NCBI GenBank assembly: GCA_030167865.1
Contig: JALAGF010004294.1
Span: forward strand, 1 to 37,284
Reading direction: 5' to 3'
Source: Craspedostauros australis
Taxonomy: Eukaryota
Length of the DNA: 37,284 bases
Position 1 is the first letter of the stretch; every line of letters begins with the position of its first letter. Below, piece by piece: positions 32,315 through 37,284 of this stretch. A program made the translations under genes and the position numbers. Under the pieces are notes generated by a model. The model had not been told where the DNA came from. It made no database searches and worked only from the letters and a program-made list of their open reading frames with translations.

Positions 32315-35300
32315 TTACTCGAAAGCAATCTCGGTGTCCATCTGGCTCATGGGTGGTAGCTCTGTCACAGTGATGTGGCTCGGGCGCGGCCAAATCTCAT
32401 CACATCTCTCGTGCAACATGTCCACGACGGCCGTGGCGCCCCACTCGCGGTACAGCCGAATCGCCTCGTCGAATCGATACCTCGCGTCGTCTTTGTCCTT
32501 GGCACGCAGCTGGCATTCCGCCAACCTTGCATTCGCCATGGCCTGGTCGCTGATCAGGCCGCGTTTGCCTGTGAGCCGGATGCATCTCTCATAGTGGAGC
32601 TTCGCACGTTTGAATTCTCTCTTCGCAAACTGCCTCTCGCCTTGGACCATCTCGAACAGGTGCGGCGCGTTCACACACCCTTTCCTTGTCCATTCCTTCA
32701 ATCTCTTTCTGCAATTGTTTCCCAACCTCGTGTACTTTCTATTCTTTGAAGTTCTCGCGGCCGCGAAGCAGGCGATGCCTGACAAGTGCGCCATCGTCAC
32801 GGAGGTATACACGCCGTTGAGCTCCCTCTGGAATTGGTCCAGATGCTTGCAAGCCAAATCAGCAGCTGACTTGAAGTCCCTGAACACAACTGCAGCGAAT
32901 ATGCGGTAGAAAACGCTCACCATGTTCATCAGGGAGTCGTTTAGGTCCTCGATGATCACAGCGCCTTCGTCATGGTCGTAGATACTGCCTTTCAGGACGC
33001 TCCTGTTCGGCGACATTCCCAGAAGATTGGAGATCAGCTGCCAGATCATCGAACCAATCCAGCCTTCTTGAATCAGCTGGTTGTTCCTGATCGCCCTGAT
33101 GTGAACAGAGCAATCCTTCTCGAGGGTGGCAAGGTCCGAGCCTGAGAACAGGGAGAAACTCACGAAGTGCACCATGGACCACGAGGCGGACTCGATGTCG
33201 CCGGTCGCCATCCCGGCCGTGTAGGACGCCAGCATGGGCTCCTTGCACAACGCCAACGGCGTTGTCCAATGCATCACGGCGGCGTAGCAGTTCGAAACGG
33301 TCCTGCTCTCGATCATCTTGTAGTTGGCGTGCTTCACCATGTCGAGCGCCTGCTTGGCGTACGCTGTGCCTGTCTCCATGTCATTCATGAAAGCGCACAG
33401 CACGAGTCCCAACGTCGAGAAGGCCGCCGGTGAGCACGGGGTGAGGCCGTGCTTGAACGTCATCTTCGCGCTGGTGAGCACCAGGAGCGCCACCAGATCT
33501 TGCCGGTTGGACTTGAAGCAGACCTCGCTTAGCTTGTCCAGCATCTTGATGGTCGCGACCGCCGTTGCATCTTCCGTGTACGCCAAGTTCCTGAGGGCGT
33601 CTGGGCTCCACTTCTTCTTCACCTTGCCGGGAAGCGTGACGAGTCCCTTGATCGTGGACATGGACTGACCCAGCTTGCGCATTGGGAAGTGGCAACCCAG
33701 CGTCTTCAGAGCCTCCAAGCCCAACGAGATTGAGTTCGCGGACGCGTCTCGTGAAGTGCCCGCCATCGACGCGGCGCAGACGAGAACGTAGTACACCCGC
33801 ACCTTCTGAATCACATCACAGGACTGCGAAAGTACGATGTTGGAGTACGTGCTGAGTGTCGCGAGATCTGAATTGGTGAATGCGCATTCGGTGATGGATG
33901 AGTACAAATCAAGCGAGAGTGCGGCGTGGGTCTCCCAGTGGTTGTCCGGAAGCAGGTCGACGGCATTCTGGAAGTACGTCATCGCCGTGCGGAAGGCAGA
34001 GCAAGCGACGGCCTTGTGGCCTGCGGCATGGTTGAGCTCCGCGATTTGCAGCCGGCGCGGATTGCATCTTCCACTCGTATGCTTTGGCACCATGTCCAGA
34101 TCTGCATCTAGCAGGTTTGCAACGATGAACAGCGCGCTCTGGAGGTCGGATGGTTCCAAGTAGTCCAGGAGGATGTCGCCCATGCGGAATTTCAGCGCGG
34201 AAATGCGATCGCTGGGGAGAAGTCCCAGCGACGCTTCGTAGATCTTGTCATGAACGAATGTTATCCTCGCATTCTGCGCACGGAACGAGGTGGGACTGCG
34301 AGCTTGCTGGACCTGCTGCGTTTGGGAACTACGGTGAGGGCCGGAGATGATCAGGCTCTCCTCCTCAAAGCCTTCAATGATGGAGGATAGGTTGGTCTCG
34401 ACGTCTTGCGGATCGGCACCAAATAACTCTTTGAAGAACGCCGACTTGCTGCTGTGGTCGATAAAGCCTTGAAGCACGCACCGCAAGATGGATTCCGCGC
34501 AGTGGGGTTCCAGGCAGGCGATCAAGGGCAGCACGACGGTTCGGCTGCGGTCCATGCTTTCCAACTTCTTCTTGAGCAATCCAACAACGTTGTTGGTCAC
34601 GTGTGATCTGGATCGCACATCATCATCATCCCACGACCACTGCGTGAGCCCGACGTTGTAGATCAGCAAGCCGGTCTCGACGAGCATCTGCATGTACTGG
34701 TGGAGGAAAAAGACGTTTCCGCCCGTCTTGTCATGGATGATGGAGGATAGCTCCGCGATATCTTCAGGCGTCTTCGGATTGATGATCTCGGTCAGGACGT
34801 GGTGCACGGTTGGCTTTGAGAAGTTGGCGACGTGGATGCGTCGGAGGCCCAGCGCGTAGTCCGACTGGTAGGTCTCCAATTCTTGGACGGTTGACGCGGC
34901 GGGGCATTGATCGAAGTTTCCCAGACGGTGCGTGGCGACCACCAGCAGGGACGCGATCTTCCTATCCACGAGGAAGGACCGCAGCACATCCATCGATATG
35001 TCATCAGCCCATTGTATGTCATCGACTACCCATACGATCGGACTCACGGATGTGACGATCTCGATGAACTTGGCCAGAAGAAATTTGAGCTGATCAGACC
35101 GGTTTTGATAGGGCACGTCGTCGTAGATGGATGTGGGGATGAGTGTGCTGGGGCTTTGGGGTTGCCTCGTGAATGATGTTCTCATCCGGTCCAGTGCCTG
35201 TGGAACGAACCCGGACGCATGTGACGCATTTCGCGAGTGACGTGAGGTGACGCTCTCAGGGTTCGAGCCATCATTGGCAGCATGACCCTCATCGTTGCGA

Positions 35301-36487
35301 GTCCGAATGTGGTTGTGGTGATCATCATCGCAGTCGCAGTCGCAGTCACTGTTGCCTTCGTGGCTGGTGGAGTGCTGGCCGAGACCGCGGAGGTGCAGAT
35401 CGCCGGTGCTGGCGTGGGTGCCATTATGATCCTTGTCGATATCAGTATGGCTGCTGGTAGTACGAGTAAAGACGTGAGCACTTTCACTGTGCGAGGACAT
35501 GCTGACGGTGCGTTCTCTTGTGGGCGACACCTCATCCGGGCTGGTGGGCAAATCCATGAGGTCGACCACGTTCGGGATGTGCTTCGTCAATACATACTGC
35601 TCGTGCTTTGATAGACGGCTCATGATGAGCCTCCTGATCTCCCTTGCCTGTTGTTGTCTCACATTGCTGTCGGAGGTGCTCTTCGTGTTGCTGGTGTTGT
35701 TGTCGTCATCACTGGTGCAAGCAGGTGCTGCTGCAGTCGGACGTTGCGGGTATTCTATCGATGGGTGGCACAGTTGGTGGATCTGTGAACACAGATCGCT
35801 CAACGCAGACTTGATGCCATGCAAAGGTTGGTCATCGTTCTCGCAGTAGTCGAACTTGGCAGAGACGAAGAACCCTTGCCTGGATTGAACCTTGGGTCGC
35901 AGCTGCGCTGCCAAAGAGGACTTGCCGCTGCCCGAGACGCCTGATATGAGCGCCAGACTTCGAATGGAATCGCCTTGCAACGAGGTGGTGGCAATCGCCG
36001 GCGATCGATGCTGAGGACCGCAGCGTCGGCGGACCTGCGGCATGTGGTGCTCCAGCATGGCGTCGAGAGCAGCTATCTCTGCTTCGCGTCCCACCAGACC
36101 GATCCTGGTGATTGAGGAATCGAGCCGCTGTCTGGAGTACTGCTTGAGCTTGGATGAATTGTGGCTGAACTTGCTGGACTGGACAACGCCCGTCGTCTCC
36201 ATTGTCAAGCTTGCGTTGAAGTCACCCTCGCCCGAATCCGCTGTCACGAGGCTCAGCTGCACCATTGAGGATGGCTTTCCGTACGTCTGCATGACTTTCA
36301 TCGACAATGCCTCCGTCTTGGGAAGCGGCACGGCCATTGGACCGGTAAGGCGCGTTCTGTGGATGGGAGCATTGCGATGCCAGCAGATGCTCTCACTGGC
36401 AGTGTTGCCCATGCTGCCGCTGCCGCTGCTGCTTCCACCTGTAGCGGTGCTCATGTTGCTGCTGCCGTTCGCGCTCATGTCGATCAT
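32315..36487 (-). CDS. STAND-like AAA-ATPase + TPR-like helical protein (homolog of the central part of bacterial Ser/Thr-kinase-AAA-GAF-histidine kinase proteins)
   Basis: Intronless ORF of about 1390 aa. Motifs LVGREAE, Walker A GVSGSGKS, SAKFD, Walker B IVWVVDDIQWAD, TGGNVFF, FVHDKIYEA, LNHAAGHKA...AF..A..YF, and terminal AIRLYREWGA. The start could be 36595, 36487 or 36478. Confidence 0.88.
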   Translation of the reverse strand: MIDMSANGSSNMSTATGGSSSGSGSMGNTASESICWHRNAPIHRTRLTGPMAVPLPKTEALSMKVMQTYGKPSSMVQLSLVTADSGEGDFNASLTMETTGVVQSSKFSHNSSKLKQYSRQRLDSSITRIGLVGREAEIAALDAMLEHHMPQVRRRCGPQHRSPAIATTSLQGDSIRSLALISGVSGSGKSSLAAQLRPKVQSRQGFFVSAKFDYCENDDQPLHGIKSALSDLCSQIHQLCHPSIEYPQRPTAAAPACTSDDDNNTSNTKSTSDSNVRQQQAREIRRLIMSRLSKHEQYVLTKHIPNVVDLMDLPTSPDEVSPTRERTVSMSSHSESAHVFTRTTSSHTDIDKDHNGTHASTGDLHLRGLGQHSTSHEGNSDCDCDCDDDHHNHIRTRNDEGHAANDGSNPESVTSRHSRNASHASGFVPQALDRMRTSFTRQPQSPSTLIPTSIYDDVPYQNRSDQLKFLLAKFIEIVTSVSPIVWVVDDIQWADDISMDVLRSFLVDRKIASLLVVATHRLGNFDQCPAASTVQELETYQSDYALGLRRIHVANFSKPTVHHVLTEIINPKTPEDIAELSSIIHDKTGGNVFFLHQYMQMLVETGLLIYNVGLTQWSWDDDDVRSRSHVTNNVVGLLKKKLESMDRSRTVVLPLIACLEPHCAESILRCVLQGFIDHSSKSAFFKELFGADPQDVETNLSSIIEGFEEESLIISGPHRSSQTQQVQQARSPTSFRAQNARITFVHDKIYEASLGLLPSDRISALKFRMGDILLDYLEPSDLQSALFIVANLLDADLDMVPKHTSGRCNPRRLQIAELNHAAGHKAVACSAFRTAMTYFQNAVDLLPDNHWETHAALSLDLYSSITECAFTNSDLATLSTYSNIVLSQSCDVIQKVRVYYVLVCAASMAGTSRDASANSISLGLEALKTLGCHFPMRKLGQSMSTIKGLVTLPGKVKKKWSPDALRNLAYTEDATAVATIKMLDKLSEVCFKSNRQDLVALLVLTSAKMTFKHGLTPCSPAAFSTLGLVLCAFMNDMETGTAYAKQALDMVKHANYKMIESRTVSNCYAAVMHWTTPLALCKEPMLASYTAGMATGDIESASWSMVHFVSFSLFSGSDLATLEKDCSVHIRAIRNNQLIQEGWIGSMIWQLISNLLGMSPNRSVLKGSIYDHDEGAVIIEDLNDSLMNMVSVFYRIFAAVVFRDFKSAADLACKHLDQFQRELNGVYTSVTMAHLSGIACFAAARTSKNRKYTRLGNNCRKRLKEWTRKGCVNAPHLFEMVQGERQFAKREFKRAKLHYERCIRLTGKRGLISDQAMANARLAECQLRAKDKDDARYRFDEAIRLYREWGATAVVDMLHERCDEIWPRPSHITVTELPPMSQMDTEIAFE

Positions 36488-36525
36488 GCTGTTGCGCTGA
36501 TAAGGCAGATGTGACGAATGCTGTC

Positions 36526-36547
36526 GATGTGATGTGATGTGATGTGA
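36526..36547. repeat. (GATGT)n microsatellite upstream of the AAA-ATPase gene
   Basis: gatgtgatgtgatgtgatgtga seen directly; it suggests the ORF extension 36595-36488 is 5' UTR. Confidence 0.75.
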
Positions 36548-37284
36548 CGAATGCAGAATGGGAGAGCTTGTTGCATTGATGCGCAACGGTCCCATCAGTC
36601 GCGGTCACAGACACAGAGGAGCAAACCAAGGCAGCCAACCAAGCTCACAGAGACAGACAAGGCAAAGAAAGAAAGAGAGAGAGTGAAACATGGAGTGAAC
36701 CGGTCAGCCTCCGCTCCTCTCCGCCAGACACTTGCTGCAAAGAGACCGTCCCCTGCCGTCGTGCTGGCTTCGTCGACGCGACAGACTGGTTTGTGAGCTT
36801 TCACGTTCTGCGTGGGGGACATGGGGCCGGCGAGGTCTTCGCATCCTTTGCCTCCCTTTCCCCTCTCTGTGGCTTCGTTAATCGTGCCCAAGAAGACTTC
36901 TTCTTTGCTTCATTCGTCCATCAACATCAACGTTCTGGCTTCTTGTCGGGACATTTATTCGAAAAAAGGTGTTGAAACAGGTCTCAATCCTGTTGCTCAT
37001 GTAGACCGGGTGGGGCTACAATTGGTTCACTAAGTTAGTTGTTCTGTTATCCCGGGTTTGTAGGTTGGTGATTCCTCTTTCTCTGCGATTTATGAGCTTG
37101 ACTTGTCTGTCAAAAGTCAACTCATGTCAATCTCCAGTTGCCCTGCAAACTCGTGTAGTTCTGACTCCTATTGAGTCAGATCATTTCCTAATTCCTAACA
37201 ATCCACCGCGATGTGAATCCTCGACCTGCGCCAGTTTCCCGCAGTTCGTCGTGTTGTTGTCTTATTTGGTCTTGGTTGTGTCAG

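Noticed and set aside
36800-37284. Lower-GC window end with small imperfect inverted repeats, as a possible TE end
   Set aside because: No terminal repeat partner, target-site duplication or transposase fragment is visible within the window.

Overview
Eukaryotic, intron-containing, gene-dense DNA; the gene families and the short GT-AG introns carrying microsatellites point to a diatom or related stramenopile (inferred, not proven). From left to right: (1) a tandem pair of type-II-membrane LRR receptor-like genes (523-3098, 4309-6891) with a frameshifted glyoxalase I/VOC relic on the opposite strand between them; (2) an acidic-tract/GOLD/coiled-coil gene; (3) histidinol-phosphate aminotransferase, divergent from a MerA/DLDH-like flavoprotein disulfide reductase that carries a signal peptide; (4) a poorly annotatable block of about 12 kb holding two clearly paralogous, mostly disordered proteins with a split PAS-like domain, plus traces of a possible third decayed copy; (5) a mitochondrial type-II IDH with an NAD-type signature and a C-terminal EF-hand; (6) a GT31-like glycosyltransferase with one intact and one degenerate domain; (7) a STAND-like AAA-ATPase/TPR protein without the kinase, GAF or histidine-kinase modules of its bacterial relatives. 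I saw no rRNA, tRNA, CRISPR array or intact transposon. All splice models were derived by eye from GT/AG sites, reading-frame phase and motif continuity, and need RNA-seq confirmation.
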